Positions 1 through 8,938 of a DNA stretch of 64,000 nucleotides are shown piece by piece (position 1 is the stretch's first letter; every line of letters begins with the position of its first letter). The notes beneath the pieces are model-generated. The model worked only from the letters and a program-made list of their open reading frames with translations, did not search any database and was not told the origin of the DNA. The translations under genes and the position numbers were made by a program. This stretch comes from a virus: positions 2,559 to 66,558 of the IMG/VR virus record IMGVR_UViG_3300027777_000002; one strand, 5' to 3'.

Positions 1-157
1 TTAAATTCTTTGCTTTGGTTTCATGCTTGTGCTCCAATGCGTCAAGCACCTGATCAAACAGAAATTCTTTTGACACTGGTTGCCCATGCCTACGCTTGGG
101 CTTGTGCATGGTTTCAATAGCTACGTTGTTACGGATTGTTATTGGGTTGTTTAACAT
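1..157 (-). CDS. hypothetical early protein, truncated by window edge
   Basis: Manually translated (MLNNPITIRNNVAIETMHKPKRR...). GAGGAGG RBS upstream; open to the window edge. Confidence 0.55.
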   Translation of the reverse strand, partial: MLNNPITIRNNVAIETMHKPKRRHGQPVSKEFLFDQVLDALEHKHETKAKNL

Positions 158-315
158 ATGTCCTCCTCAACGTCGTAAATTTCCCAAAGAATATCTACTG
201 GCTTGTCTTCTACTTCTACATCTTGCATTTTTTCCCTAGCTTCTTCCCATGTATCAGCTTCCACATGGATTAGGAAATATTCTTTCTTAATAACCCAGCC
301 TTTCCATTTCTTCAT
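151..315 (-). CDS. small hypothetical protein (54 aa)
   Basis: Manually translated (MKKWKGWVIKKEYFLIHVEADTWEEAREK...). GGAGG RBS; the VEAxxxEEA pattern is common in small phage proteins. Confidence 0.7.
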   Translation of the reverse strand: MKKWKGWVIKKEYFLIHVEADTWEEAREKMQDVEVEDKPVDILWEIYDVEEDIC

Positions 316-323
316 ACACCCTC

Positions 324-1196
324 CTAGAAACTAAGATTGGATAGGATTGCATCAACGTCTTTCTTAACTGCGTGGCGAGTATCTAAGTCCTTACGCAGAT
401 CGCTTAACTCCATGCCGTCAATAGCGTTGTGTAACTTGATGCGTGCGTCTTCTAAGTCTGCATCTCCTGTGATGTTTAAGTCCTTGGCTAGACTGCATAA
501 CTCGTTGGCAGTATCTAACAGGCTAGCGTGGAACATACGAGGTTGTGCTTTCTGTCCCGCATAGTCAACAGTCAGACGATCAGACATACGCTTGAGGTGA
601 TCTTTGAGTCGTGTCTTGATGTCGGACATAGCGTGCTCGATGCGCTCATCAGCTAGCTTTGCTAACTTGTTTTGTAACTCTGCTTGTGCATCATTACCTA
701 CATCTACTCGGAAGTCACCCGAGGTAGGCACAGGCATATAGTTAACTCGGAACTCGAAGCGGTGCTTGATGTCGTCAGGTGTTGGATACTCGTTGCGGTT
801 GAACATATCACCGAGAGCCATAGCCTGTGCAGTAATCAAGGTAGGATAAGTAACTACGAAATCATCTACCAACGCATTGAACTCATCCTCGTAGTCTTGC
901 ATACGCTGATTGAACTCCATGAACTTAGATGTGGTCAGCAAGCGCAAACCTGAGTCAGACCAAGGCAACGTAACGTCATACATATAAGTGCGAATACTAC
1001 CTACGCATTGGTTGATTGTTTCTAACTCAGGGCGACCAGCGAGTAAGTTCTTGTTAACTCGAGCCGCACCTTTACTGCCTGCACTCTTACCGATCAATAC
1101 TTCCTCGGTTGTTGTCTTGTCTAGCTTGCGTGCAGTCCATTGGCGAACATTAACTTCTACCAACATAGCACAAGTATCAATATTAAAGCGTGTCAT
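324..1196 (-). CDS. conserved phage protein, DUF3150-like
   Basis: 290 aa with WTARKLD, TLPWSDSGLRLL and EYPTPDD motifs; AAGGAG RBS; follows the AAA/vWA pair. Confidence 0.6.
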   Translation of the reverse strand: MTRFNIDTCAMLVEVNVRQWTARKLDKTTTEEVLIGKSAGSKGAARVNKNLLAGRPELETINQCVGSIRTYMYDVTLPWSDSGLRLLTTSKFMEFNQRMQDYEDEFNALVDDFVVTYPTLITAQAMALGDMFNRNEYPTPDDIKHRFEFRVNYMPVPTSGDFRVDVGNDAQAELQNKLAKLADERIEHAMSDIKTRLKDHLKRMSDRLTVDYAGQKAQPRMFHASLLDTANELCSLAKDLNITGDADLEDARIKLHNAIDGMELSDLRKDLDTRHAVKKDVDAILSNLSF

Positions 1197-1210
1197 GTAA
1201 TTCTCCTTTG

Positions 1211-2413
1211 TTATGAATAGATACGAACAGTTTTACCCTTGTTGGACACGAATGAATCGTTGTCCACTACACCAAACAGAATCGGACAGTCGGGTAATAT
1301 GTAGTCTGATTCTATGTAGCCGTCTGACAGAATGATGGTAGCCTTGGGCTTGATCTTGTGCTTGGTCATATACTCCGATACACAAGTAAGTCGTGTGCCA
1401 CCACCACCATTGGGCTGTAACAAGTCAGGTATGCGGTGATAGTCTTGCGGTTTGAATATCTGCTCACCTTCGATGTCGCACTCCCACCATAGCACACGCA
1501 CTTGCTCAGGCTTGACGTTCTCACAGATGCGAGCAATCTCACCGAACACAGTCCCATACAAACCCATCATGGAACCTGACGTATCACAAGCTACTACTAA
1601 CTCGCCTGTTGATTCGCTGAAGTGTGATGGCATGAGGATACCCTGTGGTAGTAAGCGCTTGTTAGGCGGTGCAAAGCGAGAGTAGTCATCACCCTCACAT
1701 AGCGTAGTGATGAAGTCACGCATATGGTCACGCCAGTTGGTGTCACGCTTTTGTGTAAGTCTATCTAGCGCACTACCATTCTTGCCGTTGCCACGATCTT
1801 GCAAACGCTTCTGCAATATCTTGCCTTGATGTAACGCTTCGCTAATCTCCTGTGCAGTCTTCTCGCCTATCGCCTCGGCTAGCTTGCCCATGATGTGATT
1901 GTCTAACGGCTCACCACCCTCACCATTACCCGCCTCAGGGTCGCCACCCTTCTCCTCGCACTCTTTGATTAAGTCTTGCAACACCTCAACGAATGACCAA
2001 CCGAAATACTTCTTATCGAGTAGAGGTGGGATTGTGGTTGTATGCTCGACAAAGCTATGCGTTGGGTCTGTTTCCTCGATCATGCCGTTGACTACATAAT
2101 CCATAGCCATGTTACATAAGCGAGGATACTTCTTGGACAACGCAATGTGAGCAGAGCAATGATGTAACGCTTTGTGCATTGACTCATGCAACACCAAGAA
2201 ACGTAACTGCTTGCGGTTCAACGGCTCGATAAAGCTAGGCGCATACCACACGTTGCGACCATCAGTCCCCGCAGTCACTACGTTCTCGTCATACACTACG
2301 TCACCCACATACACCACACCTGATAGTGTGGCGAACAATGGGCTATTACTGATGTCGACGTGCGCTGATACGATACGATCGTTAAGCGCCATCTTTTCCC
2401 ATGTGCTAGACAT
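1211..2413 (-). CDS. putative metallopeptidase + vWA-like protein (DUF2201-like)
   Basis: TAGTDG motif, HESMH (HExxH zinc motif), NMAMDYVVN, C-terminal MIDAS DTSGS...GGGT...SDG. Confidence 0.85.
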   Translation of the reverse strand: MSSTWEKMALNDRIVSAHVDISNSPLFATLSGVVYVGDVVYDENVVTAGTDGRNVWYAPSFIEPLNRKQLRFLVLHESMHKALHHCSAHIALSKKYPRLCNMAMDYVVNGMIEETDPTHSFVEHTTTIPPLLDKKYFGWSFVEVLQDLIKECEEKGGDPEAGNGEGGEPLDNHIMGKLAEAIGEKTAQEISEALHQGKILQKRLQDRGNGKNGSALDRLTQKRDTNWRDHMRDFITTLCEGDDYSRFAPPNKRLLPQGILMPSHFSESTGELVVACDTSGSMMGLYGTVFGEIARICENVKPEQVRVLWWECDIEGEQIFKPQDYHRIPDLLQPNGGGGTRLTCVSEYMTKHKIKPKATIILSDGYIESDYILPDCPILFGVVDNDSFVSNKGKTVRIYS

Positions 2414-2422
2414 ACGTTCTCC

Positions 2423-3541
2423 TTATTTAGTTGTGAAGTAAATCTTGTTATCTTGAAGCATGGATTGGAACGGCTTGACAGTCACGAACGTGGACACACG
2501 ACTAGACTGTGCAAGGTTGTGGCAGAACATAGACTGCATCTCCTTACGCATACGCAAGACATACTCGCACACACCCTCGGCTTCCTCTCTGCTATTGGTC
2601 TGCGTGATGCACTTGAGAACTGTAATGATTTGTGCAACAGGATTCTCAGGCACAGGGCATGACTTGGGTTCTTTGACTATGCGAGAGAACTGCGGTGTCT
2701 GCTCACCGAACTTGATGAAAGCCTTGAGAGCCTCGGCACTAGCCTCACCGATAGTGCCTGACAAAGACGCTAGCAAAGTCGGCTCGTCCATACCATCCTT
2801 GCTATACACGATGTCCGATGCGCCATGCAGAGAGCGTGGAGTTACATACGAAGTCTGTGCGATAGATGGATTGAAGATGTGCTGATTGTGTGCTTCCATC
2901 TTCTGACCATGATACTTACCGCCATCGTGGTAGTCGATGAAGCTATCAAACATCTGTGGGTGCTCATCAGTAAACGCAATAACCTCAGGAGATAAGCCAC
3001 GATCAATAGCCCACTCTCGCCACTCGGGTTGTGTAGGCTTACGCATCTTGACAAACACTAAGCGGTTACGCAAGTGCGCTTGAATCGAATCGCCCAAACC
3101 CTCGATAGATAAGTTGGTTGCACAGAACACTACGCTACCCTCGGGCATGTGATAGTTGCCTACCCTACGCTCATACACGATTGGTGCAAGCACGTCCTTG
3201 ATATACTGCCGAGCCTTGGCAATCTCATCTAAGAACACAAGTGCGGGTCGTGCGCCATTGATACCTTTCTGATTGTCCTTGTGAACACCGAAGCGCTCGT
3301 TAGGTAACTCACGAGATACACCCTTCTCACGATCAATGTCAGGCATCCACACCGAGCCGTCAGATAACTGCGTGCAATCAATCGGGTCAACGTGAACGTG
3401 GTTGGCAAAGAACGGGTCGTTAGCTAAGTGATAGAACAGACCAGTCTTACCGATACCATTCTCACCCTCAACAATGATGGTGCGCTTGTGACCTACTGCC
3501 TTGATGAGTTGTGATACTTGCTTGAATGAAAGCATTGTCAT
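2423..3541 (-). CDS. MoxR-like AAA+ ATPase
   Basis: Walker A GENGIGKT, Walker B VFLDE, sensor ATN, LRNR arginine finger, TPRS sensor II. Confidence 0.9.
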   Translation of the reverse strand: MTMLSFKQVSQLIKAVGHKRTIIVEGENGIGKTGLFYHLANDPFFANHVHVDPIDCTQLSDGSVWMPDIDREKGVSRELPNERFGVHKDNQKGINGARPALVFLDEIAKARQYIKDVLAPIVYERRVGNYHMPEGSVVFCATNLSIEGLGDSIQAHLRNRLVFVKMRKPTQPEWREWAIDRGLSPEVIAFTDEHPQMFDSFIDYHDGGKYHGQKMEAHNQHIFNPSIAQTSYVTPRSLHGASDIVYSKDGMDEPTLLASLSGTIGEASAEALKAFIKFGEQTPQFSRIVKEPKSCPVPENPVAQIITVLKCITQTNSREEAEGVCEYVLRMRKEMQSMFCHNLAQSSRVSTFVTVKPFQSMLQDNKIYFTTK

Positions 3542-3680
3542 ACGATATTTCCTTTCGAGTTGTGATACTACATATAGTGAGTTGATACTGTGCGCTACTA
3601 TTAGTTGTAGCTTTCTTCTTAATGATACTGATTACCATATGCGCTAACATAGGGATATACCCTGCTACTACGGATAGTAG

Positions 3681-4652
3681 TTAGCTATACCACTTGCGTG
3701 GGATAGAGTCTTTGAACTGCCCCCAAGGTGTCTTGACTGTGCCTGTTTTCATACCGCTAATCTCAAGCACTCGGTTTACTAACGACTTCTTGAACTCGTC
3801 TGCTGTGATCTCGTTGCATATCTCACGCATCTTGAGGTTGTTAGCATCTATCTCCTCGGGTTTCTTACCCCATGTATGGAACAAACTACCTGACCAACGA
3901 TCACCCTCAGGCACATAGTTATATATCCTATGGCTAGCAAGAACGTCCATCACACCCTGACCTAGATCAAGGAAGTATTGGACAAAGTGTGGGTTATCAA
4001 CCTCTAACTCGCTATCTGTGGCAGAGTGAACCCAACGGCGATAGTCCTCAATGAACACAGGCTCTTTATGTTGCGTGCCAAATGGTGCGCCGTAGTCATC
4101 CTTGAAGGTAGCATGATCTTTGTATTCGTCTAGCCTGAACATGGCTAGCGTGAGGAGTGTGTCTAGCTTGGTCTTGAAGTCCTTGCGCTTTTGCTTATCC
4201 TCGTTTGATGATCTGTATGTGTAGATGTCGAGGTGCTTGGACTTATCTACGATCAGCTTACCGAAAGAATCAAACCACAAAGTTGCGCTTGGTTCGTTGT
4301 CTTGATAACCGCCTTGCACATACGGCACACATACTTGCTTGCCCTCGGTAGTTATTTGGTGGTAGTAGTTCAAGCCGTAGTCATACATAAAGATATTGGT
4401 AAGTTGACTACTGTAATACCGCATCTCTACCTTGCGTGTGCCATCAGGTAGCGGTGGAAAGAACTTAGCCACGTTGGTGTTGTAAAGCCTGTAATAGATA
4501 GCGCCCGTTGCATCTTCTTTGTGGATACCCTTGTGCCAATTGCTTACGCCGTTAAGGTAGCGTGGGTTATCTGAATACTTCTTCCACTTCTGACTACGCT
4601 TTGGTGCTTTGCTGTTTTCGTAATGCTGTAATGCTTCTTCGTATGTTCTCAT
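3681..4652 (-). CDS. hypothetical early protein
   Basis: Long ORF; start reassigned to MRTYEE (ATGA overlap with upstream stop, GAAGGAG RBS). Confidence 0.8.
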   Translation of the reverse strand: MRTYEEALQHYENSKAPKRSQKWKKYSDNPRYLNGVSNWHKGIHKEDATGAIYYRLYNTNVAKFFPPLPDGTRKVEMRYYSSQLTNIFMYDYGLNYYHQITTEGKQVCVPYVQGGYQDNEPSATLWFDSFGKLIVDKSKHLDIYTYRSSNEDKQKRKDFKTKLDTLLTLAMFRLDEYKDHATFKDDYGAPFGTQHKEPVFIEDYRRWVHSATDSELEVDNPHFVQYFLDLGQGVMDVLASHRIYNYVPEGDRWSGSLFHTWGKKPEEIDANNLKMREICNEITADEFKKSLVNRVLEISGMKTGTVKTPWGQFKDSIPRKWYS

Positions 4653-5323
4653 ACCATCTCTCCTTCTTCGTTGAACTTCCAATCGTTTGCTTCACATGCT
4701 TCTATTAAACTTGCTTCGCTTGTTAAGTATTCATACTCCTCCCTAAGTTGTTTGTATAGTTCATCTGCATAATCCTTTGCGCTTTCAAATGCGGCTTGCT
4801 CTATGTCGTTAGGATCTGTATATGAAAAGTCGGTTGATCTGATTAGGTTGTGTAAGTCTTTGTATTGCATACCTTCAAAGATGGACGGCTTTGTTAAGTA
4901 GTGGTTTGAGTTTTCTACATCTGAACAGTCTACATCTACCCAATCCCAACCTACGCAAGTCATGGTGTTGCTATGCGAGTAGTGATTGCTTCTTGTATGG
5001 ATACTGAAATGCTTATCGCAAAAGTCTTCGGCAATCAAAGCGCACCACGCATCTCTAGCTATACTGTCCTCGGTATGCGTCTTGAGCCATGTCGCTACAT
5101 CTACCTGACCTTCCCAACAAGCGCCATCACCTTGTGAGTAAAAGCCTGTGAAGTTCATCTTGTCAATGACAAACCCTAGCGCATAGCCTTCCTCTTTGAA
5201 TCTCTCGTAGGTATCTTCATACCAGTCATCCCATATGCCATGCTCACACCACCACGCTTTTACTTTCTCCTTTGCGTTGTCGTCTAGTTGTTCGTATGTA
5301 TAAGTCGTTTCTATGGTTTCCAT
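4649..5323 (-). CDS. conserved acidic phage protein (GFYSQGDGA motif family)
   Basis: YTYEQL...AKEK N-terminus, GFYSQGDGAC motif, EYEYLTSE...EANDWKF C-terminus; start reassigned to METIET after AAAGGAGAG. Confidence 0.75.
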   Translation of the reverse strand: METIETTYTYEQLDDNAKEKVKAWWCEHGIWDDWYEDTYERFKEEGYALGFVIDKMNFTGFYSQGDGACWEGQVDVATWLKTHTEDSIARDAWCALIAEDFCDKHFSIHTRSNHYSHSNTMTCVGWDWVDVDCSDVENSNHYLTKPSIFEGMQYKDLHNLIRSTDFSYTDPNDIEQAAFESAKDYADELYKQLREEYEYLTSEASLIEACEANDWKFNEEGEMV

Positions 5324-5339
5324 ACTCTCTCCTTTGTTG

Positions 5340-5358
5340 TGTGGGAATAAATCCCACA
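5340..5358. repeat. palindrome TGTGGGA-N5-TCCCACA, copy 1
   Basis: TGTGGGA ATAAA TCCCACA; intergenic, just upstream of the RBS of 4649..5323. Confidence 0.9.
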
Positions 5359-5365
5359 CTTTTGT

Positions 5366-6055
5366 TTAGTTAAACGAGATGGTTGCGGTGCTTAGCTTCT
5401 CCCGTAGTATCTCCTCGACCTTCTCTTGCACCATGTCATCTAGGCGATCATCAACAATGCTTTCAATCTCGCTAGACACATCAACATGATCTTCCAAACA
5501 GAAGTCACCGAAGTGGTTCTCGACTGCCCGTTCGACCTCGTAACTAAAGTCGTGGTCATCAACCAATTCATCTAGCTTTTCATCAACCTTGTTTGCAAAC
5601 CAATCGGCTTGCTCAAGCACAGTTTCCACAGCATCGACCAGACCTTCTGACACTGGTTGGGCTTGTGGTTTGTATTGCTCTACGCTTAGCTTGACGATTG
5701 CTTGAATGGTAGAGGTTAGCGTGATGAATAAGTTCTGCATTTCTAAGCTATTACCCTGTATTTCCTCAAGTGGTTTGTGGAATTGGGTCATGTCAATCGG
5801 GGTATACTGCGCCCCTGTTGCGCCTTGTATGGTTTCTAATACTGCGGTCTTGCCTATGCCAATGTAGCCGTCCATTGCGGTAGCTACTGCCTGTGCGTTT
5901 ACTTCCTGTTGTAATGCTTGCTCCATAAACTCCTCCTTCGTTGCGGGTTGAATGTTGTCGAATATCTTGCGGTTCTCTAGCGCTTGCGTTAGCGCCTCAA
6001 ACGCCTCATCTTCTTCTTTAGTTACTGCTAGGTCCTGCATTGTGAATGTTGTCAT
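5366..6055 (-). CDS. acidic hypothetical protein
   Basis: Start reassigned to MTTFTMQD after GAGGAG; very D/E-rich C-terminal half. Confidence 0.8.
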   Translation of the reverse strand: MTTFTMQDLAVTKEEDEAFEALTQALENRKIFDNIQPATKEEFMEQALQQEVNAQAVATAMDGYIGIGKTAVLETIQGATGAQYTPIDMTQFHKPLEEIQGNSLEMQNLFITLTSTIQAIVKLSVEQYKPQAQPVSEGLVDAVETVLEQADWFANKVDEKLDELVDDHDFSYEVERAVENHFGDFCLEDHVDVSSEIESIVDDRLDDMVQEKVEEILREKLSTATISFN

Positions 6056-6056
6056 G

Positions 6057-6221
6057 CTAGTTCTCCTCTTGTTTTGCGTAGTCCAATACATCTTCTTTAA
6101 ACATCTCAATGGGGTATTTGCCGTTGATTAGTTCAGTAAGTAGATCAAGGAAATCATCTACCCCTAAGTTATCGCTACCAATCCATTGTTCTATTTGCTC
6201 TTTAGTTATTTCTTTGCTCAT
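6057..6221 (-). CDS. small hypothetical protein (54 aa)
   Basis: Manually translated (MSKEITKEQIEQWIGSDNLGVDDFLDLL...); fills the gap and overlaps the upstream stop. Confidence 0.7.
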   Translation of the reverse strand: MSKEITKEQIEQWIGSDNLGVDDFLDLLTELINGKYPIEMFKEDVLDYAKQEEN

Positions 6222-6412
6222 TGCTCTACCCTCCATCCTTCTTCTTGCTTAACGTATTTGGCGATCTCTATCGCATTTAACGGGTCTTGTGCTACTACAT
6301 TTAGCACATACTTGACTCCGTCTTCGCCTTCGGCATACACCTCGTGCATCACATACTCCTCGATGCTCTCCTTATCAATGCACCTACCCATAAAGTTACT
6401 TAACTTGCTCAT
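6218..6412 (-). CDS. small hypothetical protein
   Basis: 64 aa; translationally coupled (ATGA) with both neighbours. Confidence 0.65.
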   Translation of the reverse strand: MSKLSNFMGRCIDKESIEEYVMHEVYAEGEDGVKYVLNVVAQDPLNAIEIAKYVKQEEGWRVEQ

Positions 6413-6828
6413 GCTAATACTCCTTCTTCGTTGATTACTGCGGTTAATTTGTCATCATCTACACATACATCTATGGTTCTGCTGATACTTGTATAGTCCC
6501 ATAGGTCGTCATACTCCCCGTCCTCTGTGATTTCTATGTCCTCTACTTCCTCACCAATGCGGGTGAACCGATACCCCGCACCATCATCACCATATAACTC
6601 GACCGCCTCTAGATAGAGATCGGTCATGGCTTTGACAAACCCATACGACTCATACCACTTGACATCATCAGCGTAATAGAACAGCTTATTCGTCTCCAAC
6701 TTTTTTGTTTCCTTAAGTGCCTCGTTGATGTCCTCGTCTTTCTTGGCTACTTGTATGGATAAAAACATATCCCTCTGCGCCTCGTCTTTGAACGCTATGA
6801 CTACGGCTACTTGTGATCTATATCCCAT
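6409..6828 (-). CDS. conserved phage hypothetical protein (MGYRS...VKWY...RIGE family)
   Basis: Start reassigned to MGYRSQV; DVKWYESY and FTRIGEE motifs recur in phage early proteins. Confidence 0.75.
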   Translation of the reverse strand: MGYRSQVAVVIAFKDEAQRDMFLSIQVAKKDEDINEALKETKKLETNKLFYYADDVKWYESYGFVKAMTDLYLEAVELYGDDGAGYRFTRIGEEVEDIEITEDGEYDDLWDYTSISRTIDVCVDDDKLTAVINEEGVLA

Positions 6829-7060
6829 TTGTATGCTCCGTTTTCGCATTGTTGATCTCCATTAGTTTCTTAATGGTGTCGTCCGCTAAATCTAAATACG
6901 CATCAAGCTTATCTCTGCCGTATTCGCTACGCATGTGATTAAGCGCCTTGCTTGTCATGGGGTCTGACATAGCACGCTTACAACTCTCGAATGTGCCGTA
7001 TTTAATATCAGCCACTAGCGATAGTGCGTTCTCGTAAAACTCCCCTATATCCATGCTCAT
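6818..7060 (-). CDS. hypothetical protein
   Basis: Start reassigned to MSMDIG (ATGA coupling). Confidence 0.65.
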   Translation of the reverse strand: MSMDIGEFYENALSLVADIKYGTFESCKRAMSDPMTSKALNHMRSEYGRDKLDAYLDLADDTIKKLMEINNAKTEHTNGI

Positions 7061-7320
7061 TCTTCCCATCCTTCCTGTATGCGGTTGCAAAACTCATAGA
7101 TCACTTCGCCTATGGCATCTTCTAGATCACGCATGAAGTCACGCCCATACTTACTTCCATAACTCACTAACGCACTACTCTGTTCTTCTGATCTAGCTTG
7201 ATTGCCGTAGCCCTCGCAATCGTCTGTATATATGCGTGCTGTGATGCAATGCACTATGTCTTGCACATCTGTGCTTACTTCTAACTCTCTAGCCATTTGC
7301 TTTTCAAAATCGTCCATCAT
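7057..7320 (-). CDS. hypothetical protein
   Basis: 87 aa; AAGGAG RBS; coupled to neighbours. Confidence 0.7.
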   Translation of the reverse strand: MMDDFEKQMARELEVSTDVQDIVHCITARIYTDDCEGYGNQARSEEQSSALVSYGSKYGRDFMRDLEDAIGEVIYEFCNRIQEGWEE

Positions 7321-7481
7321 TCTTCTCCTTGTGCTGACTGCTCGCCTAATAAAAACCCAAACCCAAACATAGATACTCCGAAGCCTACTACATACAGTAG
7401 ACCCGCCTCATGGTATAGATACGAGGCACATAGCGTTGCGGTTGCAACAATGATTGATAAAGCTAAACTGAAATACATCAT
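7317..7481 (-). CDS. small two-TM membrane protein (54 aa)
   Basis: Manually translated (MMYFSLALSIIVATATLCASYLYHEAGLLYVVGFGVSMFGFGFLLG...); AAAGGAG RBS; two hydrophobic segments. Confidence 0.7.
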   Translation of the reverse strand: MMYFSLALSIIVATATLCASYLYHEAGLLYVVGFGVSMFGFGFLLGEQSAQGEE

Positions 7482-7516
7482 GGTGTTTCTCCTTTGGTTG
7501 TTTTACTGCTTAGTTG

Positions 7517-7535
7517 TGTGGGATTTATTCCCACA
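7517..7535. repeat. palindrome TGTGGGA-N5-TCCCACA, copy 2
   Basis: TGTGGGA TTTAT TCCCACA; intergenic. Confidence 0.9.
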
Positions 7536-7567
7536 GTTTTGACACTGGTTGGGGCGAGTAGCTTGCC

Positions 7568-8035
7568 CTATTTAAATAACTCACGGCGGTTGTTACTGTT
7601 CTTTGATGCGTAAGGTATGCTGTGATAGCGTTGCGTGTAGTCTGTGCGTAGTTGCGGTTGTATATAGTCAGACCAATGCTTTTTCTTTTTGTCATGGTTC
7701 GTGGGTGTTGCCTCTCGTTGTATCTTTAGTGAGGTTAGTATTCCTTTCGTTTGTTGTAGTAGGTCAAGGTAATCAGTAAAGAAACAGAATAGTTCGGGGT
7801 TGTGTTGTTCGTGGTATTTGAGGTTAGCCCTTACTGATTTGATTTCTTTTGTTAGGGGTTCGATTAACTTTGCCCATCTTCGTAGCCTGATCTTGTTCTC
7901 TACCCTCGCCGTATTCCTTAACTTCTTTTGCGACGCTACTCTTTCTTTGATGATGGTGATGATGTGCGGTGGTAGGTTTCGTTTGAGTAAGCGGTTATGC
8001 AGTTGGTTAGGTGCTAGGTCTATGTATCTTTTCAT
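7568..8035 (-). CDS. basic hypothetical protein adjacent to the candidate origin
   Basis: 155 aa, K/R-rich; AGGA RBS. Confidence 0.75.
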   Translation of the reverse strand: MKRYIDLAPNQLHNRLLKRNLPPHIITIIKERVASQKKLRNTARVENKIRLRRWAKLIEPLTKEIKSVRANLKYHEQHNPELFCFFTDYLDLLQQTKGILTSLKIQREATPTNHDKKKKHWSDYIQPQLRTDYTQRYHSIPYASKNSNNRRELFK

Positions 8036-8060
8036 GGTTTTGTCCTACTTGTTTAAAAAG

Positions 8061-8317
8061 TGTCCACCAATTATACCTATTTAGCATACATAGTGGACGC
8101 CCGCTAAGCCTTTAAGTATATGGTGTTGAGCAAAAAGCGGTCAAATGTCCAGCGATTTCGGGGAGAGAATAAAACAAGCCCAAAGGATAAAGTTCAGAAT
8201 GTCCACTTATATATAGCCTATATATATAATTAAATAAAAATAAATATATATATATACATTTGGGGGTGAAGTGGACAGGACATATATAGATAAAGGGTTT
8301 GCGGTCGTCCATTATGT
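8061..8317. other. candidate replication origin
   Basis: Non-coding. AT-rich core (about 8209-8260) flanked by TGTCCACTT/AAGTGGACA and by a 34-bp imperfect inverted repeat (8088-8121 vs 8284-8317); several GTCCA/TGGAC copies. Confidence 0.6.
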
Positions 8318-8385
8318 TGGCGGAGTGGTATAGGGTTAGGCTTTTTGTTTTTTGCACCAAACAAGTGCCTAACCCCAACAACAAA

Positions 8386-8613
8386 CTAAACACCCGCTTT
8401 GTCCCACTCCTTTCTATGTATCTCAGCAAGCCTTACATTGGTCATAGCGACCCATTCGCCATCACCTTGATACCCCTCCCTCAACTTCTTAACGGCATTG
8501 ATAGCGGTCGTTAAATGGTCGTGGTGAGGCTTGCTCTTGCTAGGTCTTTTGATCTCCATAACAAAGCCGTTGTGCATACGGACTACGAGGAAGTTAGTTG
8601 GGTTTGCTTTCAT
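8386..8613 (-). CDS. hypothetical protein
   Basis: Start reassigned to MKANPT after TAAGGAG. Confidence 0.7.
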   Translation of the reverse strand: MKANPTNFLVVRMHNGFVMEIKRPSKSKPHHDHLTTAINAVKKLREGYQGDGEWVAMTNVRLAEIHRKEWDKAGV

Positions 8614-8623
8614 TTGATTCTCC

Positions 8624-8788
8624 TTAGTGAGTTGTGTGGGATTCTTTCCCACAGTTAGGGTGATACTCGTTTAATGCCACTTCTACTTCGTCCTTGCTCA
8701 TGTCCAACAAGCGAGCTATCATTTTTGGTGAGTAGCCGTTGTCATACATGGCACAGATTGATTCGACTAGGTTTTTCATTGCTGACAT
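8624..8788 (-). CDS. small helix-turn-helix protein (54 aa)
   Basis: Manually translated (MSAMKNLVESICAMYDNGYSPKMIARLLDMSKDEVEVAL...); the GYSxxxIARLLxMS pattern fits an HTH. Confidence 0.6.
   Translation of the reverse strand: MSAMKNLVESICAMYDNGYSPKMIARLLDMSKDEVEVALNEYHPNCGKESHTTH
8635..8653. repeat. palindrome TGTGGGA-N5-TCCCACA, copy 3
   Basis: TGTGGGA TTCTT TCCCACA; at the 3' end of the HTH ORF, upstream of the next RBS. Confidence 0.9.
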
Positions 8789-8928
8789 AAATAATCCCTT
8801 CTGTCAGCTAAAATCCAAAACAAACGCCTGACCCCCATGTATTTCTTGCGTTTGGGGTTGCGTTCCCTACTTACTTTGTAGCGTGGGTGTTTCAGAGTGT
8901 GGGCTTTCCACAAGTATTTGATTTCCAT
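8776..8928 (-). CDS. small basic hypothetical protein (50 aa)
   Basis: Manually translated (MEIKYLWKAHTLKHPRYK...); TAAGGAG RBS. Confidence 0.5.
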   Translation of the reverse strand: MEIKYLWKAHTLKHPRYKVSRERNPKRKKYMGVRRLFWILADRRDYLCQQ

Positions 8929-8938
8929 TACATTCTCC

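Noticed and set aside
8112-8429. 105-aa minus-strand ORF
   Set aside because: It runs through (TA)n low-complexity inverted-repeat DNA, overlaps a better ORF, and its translation is not protein-like.
151-8788. Four early ORFs of exactly 54 aa (151, 6057, 7317, 8624)
   Set aside because: They share no sequence similarity and start choices are uncertain; treated as coincidence.
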